A stretch of DNA of 64,000 nt from Candidatus Hecatella orcuttiae. Lineage in GTDB: Archaea > Thermoproteota > Bathyarchaeia > Hecatellales > Hecatellaceae. A model generated the notes under the pieces. It was given only the letters and a program-made list of their open reading frames with translations, was not told where the DNA came from and did not search any database. Shown here piece after piece: positions 48,479 to 58,706 of the stretch (within the stretch, counting starts at the first letter, position 1; the number at the start of each line of letters is the position of its first letter). The stretch is from contig MTLY02000002.1 of the NCBI GenBank assembly GCA_002011035.2, positions 192,001 to 256,000 of the forward strand. The letters are read 5' to 3'. The translations under genes were made by a program, and so were the position numbers.

Positions 48479-49921
48479 GTGGAAACGGTGTCCAGAAACA
48501 TACCTTCCTACTTGGCTTACATCATTCTCGCAATAGGCTTAACTTTGTTCATTCCAGCTCTTTTAGGTCTTTTTTACGGGGAATTTCGCGAAAGCATGGT
48601 CTTCACCACCATAGCAGGGTTATCATGCACCGCAAGTTTGCTAACACTGTGGAGGACTACTCCTGGAGAAATTTCATACCTAGAAGCTATGGTGATAGCG
48701 GCTCTGGGGTGGTTACTGGTTTCGTTTTTAGGCGCCATTCCCTTCATACTAATAGCCCAGATGACGCCTTTAGATGCTTATTTTGAGGCTATGTCCGGCT
48801 TCACCACCACGGGAATGACCTTGCTAGACGTGGAACATATTCCTTTCAGCCTACTTTTCTGGCGGGCCCTCACCCAGTGGATCGGAGGCGTGGGTATCGT
48901 CCTCCTTTTCATTCTCTTCGCTTCCCCTGCGGGAATCGGCATTTGGAGGCTTTATAGAGCGGAAGCACGAGAGGAACGGTTGGCGGCTAAGGCTAGGGAC
49001 ACCGTGAAGATGATATGGGTAACCTACGTCGGCTACACGGCGGCATGCGCCCTTCTCCTGTGGATAGTGGGGTTTAGTCCTTTCGACGCTCTTACTCATT
49101 CTTTTACAACTTTATCCACGGGCGGTTTCTCGACCCGTAACCTGAGCATCGGGGCCTTTGGCAACCCCTTTGCGGAAGTCATAATAATGATCTTCATGTT
49201 TTTGGGAGGAACAAGCTTCCTCACCCACATGAGAGTCTTTACTAAGACTCCCAAAGCCTTCTTCAGAAGCATTGAGGTTCAAATCTGCTTACTCATCATC
49301 GCCGTCTCCACCTTCCTTGTCACAGCCGACTTGCTCACCCATCAAGTATACCAAGGAATTGAGACCCTCAGAGCCGCTGCTTTTCAGGTGACATCCATCT
49401 TAACGACCACGGGATACACCACGGTGGACATAAACAGTTTTCCAAACCTCTCCAAAAGCATCTTCACTGTTTTGATGACAATAGGTGGAGGGGTAGGCTC
49501 TACCGGGGGAGCTATGAAAATTCTCAGAATCGTCATCTTATTCAAGCTTGTAGCCTACACTATAACAAAAGCCATTCTTCCCCCGGGAACCGTTAGACCC
49601 ATGAAGCTGGGCGGACATGCGCTTCGGGAGGAGGAAATCCTCAGAGTAGCCGGCTTCTTCGCCGCCTACATTTTTCTTCTCACAGTCCAATCTCTAATTC
49701 TGGCGTTTTCTGGCTACGATATCGTAGGTTCTGTATCTGCAGCCTTCTCAGCTCAAGGAAACATAGGTCCAAGCTTTCTATCCATCAGCAGCAACATGCC
49801 AGTCCTACCCAAGCTCACCCTTATTTTCGGCATGTGGGCTGGCCGGCTGGAAATTCTCCCTATATTAATTCTACTTTCCCCGGCCACTTGGCGGGAGTTC
49901 TCAAGACTTGGAGAAAGGTAA
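48479..49921 (+). CDS. trkH: TrkH potassium uptake membrane protein
   Basis: FEAMSGFTTTG, QWIGG.G, STGGFS, TTTGY, GSTGG, GNIGP, GRLE. Confidence 0.95.
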   Translation: METVSRNIPSYLAYIILAIGLTLFIPALLGLFYGEFRESMVFTTIAGLSCTASLLTLWRTTPGEISYLEAMVIAALGWLLVSFLGAIPFILIAQMTPLDAYFEAMSGFTTTGMTLLDVEHIPFSLLFWRALTQWIGGVGIVLLFILFASPAGIGIWRLYRAEAREERLAAKARDTVKMIWVTYVGYTAACALLLWIVGFSPFDALTHSFTTLSTGGFSTRNLSIGAFGNPFAEVIIMIFMFLGGTSFLTHMRVFTKTPKAFFRSIEVQICLLIIAVSTFLVTADLLTHQVYQGIETLRAAAFQVTSILTTTGYTTVDINSFPNLSKSIFTVLMTIGGGVGSTGGAMKILRIVILFKLVAYTITKAILPPGTVRPMKLGGHALREEEILRVAGFFAAYIFLLTVQSLILAFSGYDIVGSVSAAFSAQGNIGPSFLSISSNMPVLPKLTLIFGMWAGRLEILPILILLSPATWREFSRLGER

Positions 49922-49925
49922 CAAC

Positions 49926-50606
49926 CTAATGGGTTTCTAGTTTTCCAGTGAACATTTCCACTATTTTTTTGATGCCGTCAAGTTTGTTGGCATGGATGAG
50001 AACTTCGTCGTCAGGCTGTATGGAAAGGTCTTTACTGAGAGGAGACAGCTTGCCTTTCCGGAAGATTCCTAGAATAGTGTAACCATTGGGGAGGTGAAGT
50101 TCGCTTGCCGGCTTGTTAACTACTTTTGAATTTTTTTCAACCTTTAAAGTGAAGATTTCAGCTTCTTTATCCCCTAAGAGGAGGAAATCTCTAATTCTGA
50201 ATAGGGACTGATAAAGGTGCTCAGCCACGATCTCGTCCGGGGTGATCGTTGTTCCGATTTTGCTGAAAAGCTGAATGTGCTCGGGATCTCTGACAACCGA
50301 TATGAGGTGGGGGATTTTGAACTCCTTACCCAGAGAGCCCACCATTAAGTTCACTGAATCATCCCCGGTGGCTACAACCAGCGCGTCTGCCTTATCGGCT
50401 CCTGCGTTGTCAAGGTTCTCCTTGTCTCCAGCATCTCCGCAGATTACCAAGGCGTCGACTTCAGAGGCGAAAGTGTTGCATCTGTCTTCATTTTTGTCGA
50501 TAATAGCCACGGTGTGCCCCCGGTTTATGAGGGTTCGGGCGAGACTTTCTCCGACTCCGCTCAGTCCTACGATTATCACGTACAAAGGAAAATCTTCCCC
50601 ATCCAT
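49926..50606 (-). CDS. trkA: TrkA/KtrA RCK-domain potassium transport regulator
   Basis: IIVG...VG..LA..L...GH.V..ID, GD......L..AG...AD..V..TG.D..N, C-terminal RCK_C; true start may be TTG 50585. Confidence 0.9.
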   Translation of the reverse strand: MDGEDFPLYVIIVGLSGVGESLARTLINRGHTVAIIDKNEDRCNTFASEVDALVICGDAGDKENLDNAGADKADALVVATGDDSVNLMVGSLGKEFKIPHLISVVRDPEHIQLFSKIGTTITPDEIVAEHLYQSLFRIRDFLLLGDKEAEIFTLKVEKNSKVVNKPASELHLPNGYTILGIFRKGKLSPLSKDLSIQPDDEVLIHANKLDGIKKIVEMFTGKLETH

Positions 50607-50829
50607 CCCCTTGTATGCTGAACTACACGCAAGGTGGGGAGTATGAAAACTAGGTCTGAAATATTTGGAAGAGGACCTGGGAATCCTTCTTTCAGAGACA
50701 GGGTCACCTTATGTCAATGGGGATTTCTATCCCTTAGGTATAAAAAGATTGAGGTAGACGCCTCCTTATACGGCTTTCGCCTGCACTTTTACAACTTTCA
50801 AATTCAAGTTAATGTGGAAGTTTTCTCTC

Positions 50830-52104
50830 TTAAGAGGCTATTCTCCTCAATACTCCTATTATAATGACTCCTACACCTAAGATAACCCAGAACGGAAGAA
50901 TTTTCATGAAATACTCACTTTCTGATGTCGATTCCCCCAGATCTTCCACAGAAATAGAGGTGTCTACCGGTTTTGATGCTGGCGTAGGCGTGGGGGTGGG
51001 GGTAGGAGTGGGAGTAGGAGTGGGGGTTATTTCAGGCGGAGATTTAGAAGCGGGAGTGGGAGTAGGAGTGGGTATGGGCGTAGGGGTAGGAGTGGGAGTA
51101 GACGAAGAGATGTCTTCCAGACTTGCTGTTTTCGAAGCCAGTTTTTTGCCTGTAATGGCGAAGACGGATAGCCCTGGGGTTTCAGCCTCAAAATATGTAT
51201 TGTCAACATCTTCACCAATCTTAGTCGTGGGCATGATGTTCCACCTATCCTCAGAGTATCTTTGTAGCGAAATTGTCAACTCGTCGATATTGCTTTCCAC
51301 AATCCATCGATTCTCCACTTTAAAGGAAATCTTCACCGCCAAGATGTCCGCATCCTCCAAGTTGAATTTTTCAATCACTATGTAAGCATATGCTTCCCCG
51401 GTAGCAACCTCTTCAACAGAGGCAGGGACAGACTCGACTCTTGTTAAGAAAATTTTCACATCGTCAACGTCGGTTTTAGCTTTGATCTTCAACTCTATGA
51501 TAGGTAATCCTCCAGCTTCCTCAAGGGTAACGTTCACCCATCGCCCTTCTTGGAGGGAGGGTATTGTGAGAGCAACTCCTCTGGGTATAGTAGAAATTGT
51601 TAGGGCTGCCTCACCGTTGGAAAAAGCATAGGTGGGAGATTGGAAAAGCCAATCTGACGGCGAGTCTGTATCTTCTCCATTGGGAAACCTCTGCCAGCTT
51701 CGAAAGTCGTCAAAGAGGTCGCTCAAGATAGGCGTTCTGTCTACCTCGTTTCCAAAGCTGTCGCTCAGGATGAGAGATTCTTCTTCATCGCTTAGCCACT
51801 GAGAGGATAAACGGATAATGTAATAGGAGCCGGCGGGTATCACGGTGTTTGGTCCTATTATGTAGCTTGTTACTCTTCCATGAGTAGTAGTGATAGTCCA
51901 GCCGCTTATGTCCACTTCCTTATCCGAAGGATTGTACAGTTCAATCCATTCTTTCCCCACATCCGCTCCCGGAGGGTTCTGTTCAAACTCGTTGATTACG
52001 ATAGGATAGGCGGGAGCGGAGGTTAATGGAGGATAAACAGCAAGATAACTAATGAAAAGCAGGGATAGCAAGACCGATGCGTTTAAAAAAATTGTTTTGC
52101 TCAC
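50830..52104 (-). CDS. Cell-surface protein: signal peptide, lamin-tail domain, PGF-pre-PGF-like domain, Pro/Thr linker, C-terminal membrane anchor
   Basis: VINE...NP.G....EWIELYNP....VD.SGW (LTD); F.V...WI, L.RY....W...T, Y.AETPG.S.FAI; (PT)n tracts; terminal TM helix plus RR. Confidence 0.85.
   Translation of the reverse strand: MSKTIFLNASVLLSLLFISYLAVYPPLTSAPAYPIVINEFEQNPPGADVGKEWIELYNPSDKEVDISGWTITTTHGRVTSYIIGPNTVIPAGSYYIIRLSSQWLSDEEESLILSDSFGNEVDRTPILSDLFDDFRSWQRFPNGEDTDSPSDWLFQSPTYAFSNGEAALTISTIPRGVALTIPSLQEGRWVNVTLEEAGGLPIIELKIKAKTDVDDVKIFLTRVESVPASVEEVATGEAYAYIVIEKFNLEDADILAVKISFKVENRWIVESNIDELTISLQRYSEDRWNIMPTTKIGEDVDNTYFEAETPGLSVFAITGKKLASKTASLEDISSSTPTPTPTPIPTPTPTPASKSPPEITPTPTPTPTPTPTPTPASKPVDTSISVEDLGESTSESEYFMKILPFWVILGVGVIIIGVLRRIAS
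50981..51101. repeat. Two degenerate hexamer tandem arrays (GGAGTG/GGAGTA-like) encoding Pro-Thr linkers
   Basis: Visible repeats at 50981-51027 and 51052-51101, translating to TPTPTP on the minus strand. Confidence 0.9.
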
Positions 52105-52228
52105 TGATCTCTAATAGACTCATCGTTGAGAGAACATAAAAACGTAGTGCTTGTTTTTCCTTGTAAGGGGAAAATAGGCGCCCAGAAGCCGGCTATATGC
52201 CCCCTTTTACGGCAAGCTAGAGGGGATA

Positions 52229-53689
52229 CTATTTATATTCGTCGAAAACGATGGAAGTGCTGGTCTCTAATATCTCCCTGTTTTCCCTTCGGATTTCTCC
52301 TGTTAATCGGTCAAGAAGCTGGGGGCTGCGGATTCCTCGAACATCCAAAATGAAATCCCAGTCTCCAGACACGTCCCTAATCCTTACGGGAAGAGAATTT
52401 TCCAAGAATTTTTTCCTGATTCTTTTAACCAAACTTAACTCGTCGCAGGCAGGTTTGACTTTGAGGAAAATTAAGGCGTCAAGTTCAGTTTCGCCCGTGC
52501 CGGCTTGGTCGGAGGGTGGGGTTCCCAGTTTTTCTTCAATGATCCTCCAAACTTCAGGTCGACGGAGGGGGCGTCCCTTAGCCATGGAAATGTCCCGGAT
52601 GTTGTCAATGATGGCGGCTTTGACCTCCTTAGGAACTTCACAGCCTTCTAAGAGCTTCTCCACCAGTTCTTTAGACTGCATGGCTCCAAACTCGAACTCT
52701 CTTTTTAACCCGTATTTCTCCCAGTTGATGGTCTCGTAAGTTTCAGGACAGCGTAACACTCCTTTCTGGTGGGAGCCGGCCTTATGGACCCGAGCAAAGT
52801 AGCCTAGGATGGGAAAAGTAGGCGGGATAGGTATTCCGGAAGCCGCTGACACATAACGGTAAAGGGGAGGAATCTCCTTAAAATTGACGCCCGTGTCCAC
52901 TCCGTAGAAGGTTTCTAGGTTATCCATCAAAGTGGCTAGGTCGGCTATTCCGCATCTTTCTCCCAACCCCATGACGGCTACATGGACGCCGGTTGCTCCT
53001 CCCATGAGACCGGCCACGGAATTAGCCACCGCTAAGCCGCGGTCATTGTGGCAGTGAACATCCACTGGAACCCTAACGTTTTTCACCAAGGTTTCGATGA
53101 TGCTTCGGAAGCGGCTGGGCTCAACCTGACCCTTGGTATCAGGGATCCTCAGAACGTCGACTCCCGCCTCCTCAGCTACATGGGAGACCTGGATGAGGGT
53201 TTCCAGGGGGACGCTGGTAGCGTCTTCCATAGTGTATTGGACTACCTTAAAGCCTAGATCTTTTTTGGCAAACTCTATTATCTCGCCTATTCTCTGGAGA
53301 GCCTTCTCCAAAGGGAGACCGTCAAGTTTATACATGAGATGCTTCTCCGAGGGGGCTAAGACCACCACTACACCGTCGGTTTCGCATTCCTGAGCCACTT
53401 CTACATCTGCCTTGAGAGTTCTGCAGTGGCTGAGTAGTACGGCATCTCTGTAGCCTTTCTCTTTGAAGAGTTTAACAACCGCCTCAACCCCCTCCCGATA
53501 TTTGGGGCTGTAGGGTTGCCCTATTTCTAGGACTGTTTTCTTCGCCAAAACCCTGTAAAGCATCTCAGCTATAGCACATTTTTCCTCGGGTTTGAAATAA
53601 ACCCCGGGAGTCTGCTCTCCCTCTCGCAAGGTTGTATCCAGAATCCTCTGTAAGGCTATCTTCGCCTCAGCCACAGGTGTTCCCTTCAA
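52229..53689 (-). CDS. DRE-TIM metallolyase, probably homocitrate synthase, with C-terminal RAM/AsnC-like domain
   Basis: DTTLREGEQTPG, PDT.G, HCHNDRGLAVANS, GLGER.GI, HKAG.H; C-terminal VSGDWDF...ETSTSIVF. Confidence 0.8.
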   Translation of the reverse strand: MKGTPVAEAKIALQRILDTTLREGEQTPGVYFKPEEKCAIAEMLYRVLAKKTVLEIGQPYSPKYREGVEAVVKLFKEKGYRDAVLLSHCRTLKADVEVAQECETDGVVVVLAPSEKHLMYKLDGLPLEKALQRIGEIIEFAKKDLGFKVVQYTMEDATSVPLETLIQVSHVAEEAGVDVLRIPDTKGQVEPSRFRSIIETLVKNVRVPVDVHCHNDRGLAVANSVAGLMGGATGVHVAVMGLGERCGIADLATLMDNLETFYGVDTGVNFKEIPPLYRYVSAASGIPIPPTFPILGYFARVHKAGSHQKGVLRCPETYETINWEKYGLKREFEFGAMQSKELVEKLLEGCEVPKEVKAAIIDNIRDISMAKGRPLRRPEVWRIIEEKLGTPPSDQAGTGETELDALIFLKVKPACDELSLVKRIRKKFLENSLPVRIRDVSGDWDFILDVRGIRSPQLLDRLTGEIRRENREILETSTSIVFDEYK

Positions 53690-53714
53690 CTTTTCAAGAT
53701 CGATACTTTGAGGA

Positions 53715-54866
53715 TTAATAAACCCTCTTTTGACTTTCGGTTAGAAGCCTAGGGCCGCTACGGGTAACTGCCACAAGGTCTTCAATCCTTACTCCGAAAC
53801 TTCGAGGAAGATAAACCCCCGGTTCCACGGTTACCACGTTTCCATGCTGGAGGACATCTTGGCTACGGGCAGAGAGCCTAGGGGCCTCATGTACATCAAC
53901 CCCAACCCCATGCCCGAGACTGTGGATAAAATAAGCGTCGAAGCCTTCTTCGCTGAGAACCTTCCGTGCCATGGCATCCACTTCCCAGCCTTTCAGTCCC
54001 GGGAAAAGCCTTTTCAACACCTCAGACTGAGCTTTGCAAACCGCCCGGTAGACTTTAATCTGTCTTGGAGACGGCTTACCTACGAAGACCGTTCTCGTCA
54101 AGTCTGAGTGGTAGCCGGCGAACCTAGCTCCGATGTCTATGACCACCGTGTCACCCTCTCGGAGCCTTCTATCAGTACATCCGCCATGGGGGAAACTGGA
54201 CCTCAGCCCCGAGGCTACTGTGGTGTCAAAGGCACATCCTTCAGCACCCTTCTTCCTCATGGCATACTCGCCTTCAGCAGCCACCTCATATTCCTTAACT
54301 CCGGCTTTGACGGCTTCCACAGCTGCTTCCAAACCTGCATCAGCAATCTTGGCCGCTGCCTTCAGTATTTCCAGTTCAGCCTCGTCCTTAACCTGCCTCA
54401 TGCGAGAAAGAATTTCAGGACGATGTTCGAATTTCCTCTTGGAGAGTTTTTTTCTAAAAAATTGAAACCTAGGGAAAGACAATTCGTCGAAGCCTATTTT
54501 CTCCGCAGGAAAGTCTTGGAGCCTTTCAGCCACACTCTCATCTGGGTTTTCACTCGTCCTTAAAATTTCCAAATCCATATCTTTAACTTCATTCTTAACC
54601 AAAGCACTGTCCATGAGGGAGGTGAACAGAATCGGCCTAGCTTCGGGGGTTACCAGCATCGCGTGAGCGGCCCTGCGTAAGGGAGAACTGGCGGTTAGAT
54701 ACTGAATATTAGAGGGGGATGCACAGAGATAAGCGTGAAATCCGAGTTTGGTCAATTCAATGTTTAAATCTGCAACACGACGGCGAGACTTATTCCTGAG
54801 GGAGCGCATCTCTTTCGCCTTTGGAGGATACTTTTTAAATCTTTTAGGCATATTTTCGACCGACAT
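53715..54866 (-). CDS. pepQ: Xaa-Pro peptidase (M24 family)
   Basis: R.VKD..E, S.PHG, D.GA...GY.SD.TRT, HSLGHGVG.DVHE.P, TVEPGVY, GVRIED; start uncertain. Confidence 0.9.
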   Translation of the reverse strand: MSVENMPKRFKKYPPKAKEMRSLRNKSRRRVADLNIELTKLGFHAYLCASPSNIQYLTASSPLRRAAHAMLVTPEARPILFTSLMDSALVKNEVKDMDLEILRTSENPDESVAERLQDFPAEKIGFDELSFPRFQFFRKKLSKRKFEHRPEILSRMRQVKDEAELEILKAAAKIADAGLEAAVEAVKAGVKEYEVAAEGEYAMRKKGAEGCAFDTTVASGLRSSFPHGGCTDRRLREGDTVVIDIGARFAGYHSDLTRTVFVGKPSPRQIKVYRAVCKAQSEVLKRLFPGLKGWEVDAMARKVLSEEGFDAYFIHSLGHGVGVDVHEAPRLSARSQDVLQHGNVVTVEPGVYLPRSFGVRIEDLVAVTRSGPRLLTESQKRVY

Positions 54867-55154
54867 TTCTTGGGAGGGGGTCTCCGTATCAGATCATTTT
54901 ATACAAATGTATCTAAATAGATCTGCTTAAGATAGAAAGCTTTTTAAAAGTTTTAAGATAAAAATACAGCAAGTTGAACGAGAACTGCCCCTTCTTCAGC
55001 CTATTTTATCCTGTTCTGGTGAAAAAAAGATTTTTACCGTTATTTGGACAGGATATATTAGGTTTTGATATGCCCCGACGTTTCGCTTTTCTTATCTTTA
55101 GAGGGAACTCTCAAAAAACAGTAAAATCAGCAATAAGGGAATAGGAGGAGCCCA

Positions 55155-58100
55155 TTGGTAACCATAAAAAAATTGGAGATGGTGGGTTTCAAAACCTTCG
55201 CCAGGAAAACTTCGATTACCTTTGATAAAGGCCTCAATGTCATCGTAGGGCCCAATGGAAGTGGAAAAAGCAACATCGTGGACGCCATCCAGTTTGTCCT
55301 CGGAGAGCTAAGTTGGAGGGCTTTGAGAGCGACCAGCAACTTTTCCTCTCTCCTGTTTCACGGCAACGGGGAAGTACCTAGGGCTAGGTATGCCACCGTC
55401 ACCCTTCATCTGAACAACCAAGACAGGAAAATTCCAGTGGACACAGATGTGGTCACAATTTCAAGGCATATTGGAAGCGACGGAACGAGCATTTACAAGG
55501 TTAATGGGAAAAAATACTCCCGAAGCACATTACTGGATCTTTTGGGTGTAGCTTCTCTTACAGGAAGCATGAACATCATCTTCCAAGGAACAACTATGAA
55601 AATAGCGGACTATTCTCCGGAAGAACGTAGAGAGAACATAGAGAACATTATCGGGATATCGGAGTACGACAAGAAAAAGCAGGAGGCACGGGAGCAACTT
55701 AGGGAGGCTGAAACCAACATCAAAGTTGCCCAAGGAAAATATGAGGAAATAAAGAAAAGAGTTATCGAATTGGAAAGAGAAAGAAACGACCTTCTTCGAT
55801 ATAATTACGTGAAAAATCAGTTGGCGACGTTGAAAGCAAATCGTCTTTCAGTCCGCATCCAGAAACTAGACGAAGAGCTGGAAAGGCTGAAAAAAGAGGT
55901 GGAAGATAGGTCAAGGCAGCTGAGCGATTACCGGCTTCAGAAGGAAAGACTGGAAGCTGAACGCCACGCCAGGCAAAAGGATATGCATGAATACACTGTT
56001 AGAGTGGTAGATAAAGGTGGAGATCAGCTGGTTTCCATCCAAAGCCAGATCGGCGACATCAACTCCGAGATCGCGGGCCTTAAGACCACCATATCTTCGG
56101 CTCAGACAAATCTCAAAACCCTAGAAGTTATGCGCTTAGAAAAAATGGAGGCGTTGAAGAAACTACGCGAAGATGCAGTCGCTGTTCGGAGAGAACGGGC
56201 GAGGCTTATAAGAGCTAGAAATCAGATTCAGGCTCTTCTATCCCAAAAAGAAAAAGCTGCAGAGCAGATTAAAGGCAAAATATGGGAGATAAAAAATTCT
56301 CTGGACGAAAACGCTGCTAAACTTTCCAGCTTAGAAGAGGAAACGAGGAAACTGGAATCCGAGCTGGCTCGTCTACACGTGAAAATCAAGGCTGAAAAAG
56401 AAAGCGTTAATGTGTTAACAGATCAGCTTCAAGTTTTAAACTCTCGAAAGGCAACCTTCGAAAACCTGCATGAGAGTTTCTCCAGCCGCCTGAAGGAAGT
56501 TAATGGACTTAAGCAGAAGGAACAGAAAGGCTACCAAGAAGTATTGGCGGCCATAGAGAGAATTAAAACTCAGAGGGAAATTGCTGAAGCTGAAATCTCC
56601 AAGGCTGACAAGATTGCGAAGCGGGCGAGAGTTAATGTGGCTGAGTTTGAATCTCGAAGAAATTTAGCCGACTCAGTACTTTCTGAGGAGAAGGCATTGG
56701 CGCACATAGAAGGCCTCGCTGAGTTGAAAGCTCTCTCGGGCGTTCACGGCAGACTGGCTGGGAAAATAAGGATTGCAGCCGGGTACAGAAAAGCGGTGGA
56801 AGCCGCTGCGGAAGGCTGGCTTCAAGCCTTGATAGTTGAGAACTTGGAAGTGGTCAGAAGATGCGCGGACAGTTTGAAGAGGGCTAAAATAGGCAGGGTT
56901 AAGCTTCTTCCCTTAGCGAGTTTAGAAAAAGTTCGGTCCGTAGGGAAACCGCCTATTGAAGGCATATTGGGCTCAGCGGCTTCTTTTGTGGAATGCGCCA
57001 ACAAGTTTAGACCTGCTGTCAACTTTGTTCTAGGAGACACTCTTGTGGCGGTGGACGGGGAAACAGCCCTCCAAGCTTCGGCGAAAGGCTACAGGGTTGT
57101 AACGGTGGAGGGGGAAGTCTACGAGCCAGGCATACGGCTGGAGGTAGGCTTCTACAGGGAGCCCATAGACCTTTCAGACGTTATCCCCAGCGGGGAAACC
57201 GTTAAAATGCTGAATGAAACTGTAGCCTCTTTTGAACGCCTCCTCAGCAGGAGACAGGCTGACTTGAAGCATCTGAGCGAAGAACTAATCAGGCTGGAGG
57301 GTGAGAAGGTGCTTCGGGAGGATACGATAAAGTTTCTTGAACGGGAGGCCGCGGGCTTAACCCAAAACATGGAAAGAGCTCACAAAAGCATTGTTGAATT
57401 GAATAGGAGAATCAGAAGTTTCACCCATCGACGCGATAAACTTCAAGCTGAAATCGAAGGAGCAGAGGCTAGAGTAGCTCAGATTGAACAGAGGCTGCAT
57501 AAGCTACGGGTTGAGGCAGCGAACATAAGGAAAAAGTTGAAGCCGGAAACCATGACCAAGTTGGAAGGTGAGAACGCTGAGTTGGAGAGTGAAATCAGTG
57601 AATATCACCGTCGACTCAACGAGATTAACAGTCAACTGTCCTCCAACGAGTCCAACCTAGAACACGTATATCTGCCTTCTCTGAAAACAGGGAAGAGAGA
57701 ACTCTCTGGAATAGAGAAAAACATCAGAAAACGAAGAGAGGAAATAGAGGTAGCTAAAAGGAGAATGGAGGAAGCTGAGTCTAAGCTTAAAAGTTTACAG
57801 CGGGAGAAAGAAAACTTTTCAGCAATGATGACTACGAAGAAGGAGGAATACAGGAAATTCGAGGAAGAAATCGAGAATATCAACAAGGAGCTCCAGAGGA
57901 TTGAAAAACGATGCGAGCCCCTCAACGAAGAAATCAACGGACTAAACCAGAGAATTCTCAGACATCAATTGGAACGAGAGCAGATCATCAACGAACTTAA
58001 GAGCCTAGGATACGAGCAGCCCCGGGAAGTAAGTGTAGAGGAAGAGAGAGTTTCTGAAGGGCTGTTTGAAAGTTTTCAAAGGGAACATGATCGCCTCTAT

Positions 58101-58706
58101 GGAAGGTTAAACATGAACGCTGCAGCCCTCTATCCAACTCACATGAAAACCTACAAGGAACTTTCCACGAAGATAAACCAGCTGGAGGAGGAAAAGAGAG
58201 AAATATTAACGTTCATGGAGAACGTGGAGAGAGAAAAGAGAGATGCCTTCTTCTCAGCTTTGGAGAAACTTAACCAGAAGTTCTCCGAAACTTTCAGCGC
58301 CATAACAAACGGCAAGGGGTGGATTCAATTGCAGAACCCCGATGAGCCTTTCTCGGAAGGCTTGGACATCATCGTGGAGTTTCCAGGAAAACCTCCTATG
58401 CCTGTGGCTGCGGCCAGCGGCGGGGAGAAATCCGTGGTAGCTGTATGCTACATCTTCGCCCTCCAAAGCCTCACCAAGACTTCTCCCTTCTACATCCTCG
58501 ACGAGATAGACGCTCATCTTGATTCCGTGAATGCTTCAAGGCTGGCCGAACTGCTGGCCAGAGAATCGAAGGAGTCGCAGATGATAGTTATTTCGTTCAA
58601 AGACACTGTGGCTGCTAAGGCGGACAAGATTTTCGGAGTCTACGTGAAAAACGGAATATCATACCTCCACTCTCTCCCTCTGCAAGTGATGGAGGCTGCT
58701 TCATGA
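55155..58706 (+). CDS. smc: Chromosome segregation protein SMC (condensin)
   Basis: [16 protein letters not shown], long coiled coils, hinge (GV.G...IGRV.LLPL...VT.EG), [15 protein letters not shown]; followed by scpA and scpB. Confidence 0.96.
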   Translation: MVTIKKLEMVGFKTFARKTSITFDKGLNVIVGPNGSGKSNIVDAIQFVLGELSWRALRATSNFSSLLFHGNGEVPRARYATVTLHLNNQDRKIPVDTDVVTISRHIGSDGTSIYKVNGKKYSRSTLLDLLGVASLTGSMNIIFQGTTMKIADYSPEERRENIENIIGISEYDKKKQEAREQLREAETNIKVAQGKYEEIKKRVIELERERNDLLRYNYVKNQLATLKANRLSVRIQKLDEELERLKKEVEDRSRQLSDYRLQKERLEAERHARQKDMHEYTVRVVDKGGDQLVSIQSQIGDINSEIAGLKTTISSAQTNLKTLEVMRLEKMEALKKLREDAVAVRRERARLIRARNQIQALLSQKEKAAEQIKGKIWEIKNSLDENAAKLSSLEEETRKLESELARLHVKIKAEKESVNVLTDQLQVLNSRKATFENLHESFSSRLKEVNGLKQKEQKGYQEVLAAIERIKTQREIAEAEISKADKIAKRARVNVAEFESRRNLADSVLSEEKALAHIEGLAELKALSGVHGRLAGKIRIAAGYRKAVEAAAEGWLQALIVENLEVVRRCADSLKRAKIGRVKLLPLASLEKVRSVGKPPIEGILGSAASFVECANKFRPAVNFVLGDTLVAVDGETALQASAKGYRVVTVEGEVYEPGIRLEVGFYREPIDLSDVIPSGETVKMLNETVASFERLLSRRQADLKHLSEELIRLEGEKVLREDTIKFLEREAAGLTQNMERAHKSIVELNRRIRSFTHRRDKLQAEIEGAEARVAQIEQRLHKLRVEAANIRKKLKPETMTKLEGENAELESEISEYHRRLNEINSQLSSNESNLEHVYLPSLKTGKRELSGIEKNIRKRREEIEVAKRRMEEAESKLKSLQREKENFSAMMTTKKEEYRKFEEEIENINKELQRIEKRCEPLNEEINGLNQRILRHQLEREQIINELKSLGYEQPREVSVEEERVSEGLFESFQREHDRLYGRLNMNAAALYPTHMKTYKELSTKINQLEEEKREILTFMENVEREKRDAFFSALEKLNQKFSETFSAITNGKGWIQLQNPDEPFSEGLDIIVEFPGKPPMPVAAASGGEKSVVAVCYIFALQSLTKTSPFYILDEIDAHLDSVNASRLAELLARESKESQMIVISFKDTVAAKADKIFGVYVKNGISYLHSLPLQVMEAAS

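Noticed and set aside
50981-51101. G-rich tandem repeats as CRISPR, telomere-like or regulatory G-quadruplex
   Set aside because: No repeat-spacer structure; fully explained as Pro-Thr linker codons with synonymous variation
54867-55154. Replication origin in the AT-rich intergenic region
   Set aside because: No repeated ORB-like elements with G-strings and no cdc6/orc1 neighbour; explained by divergent promoters
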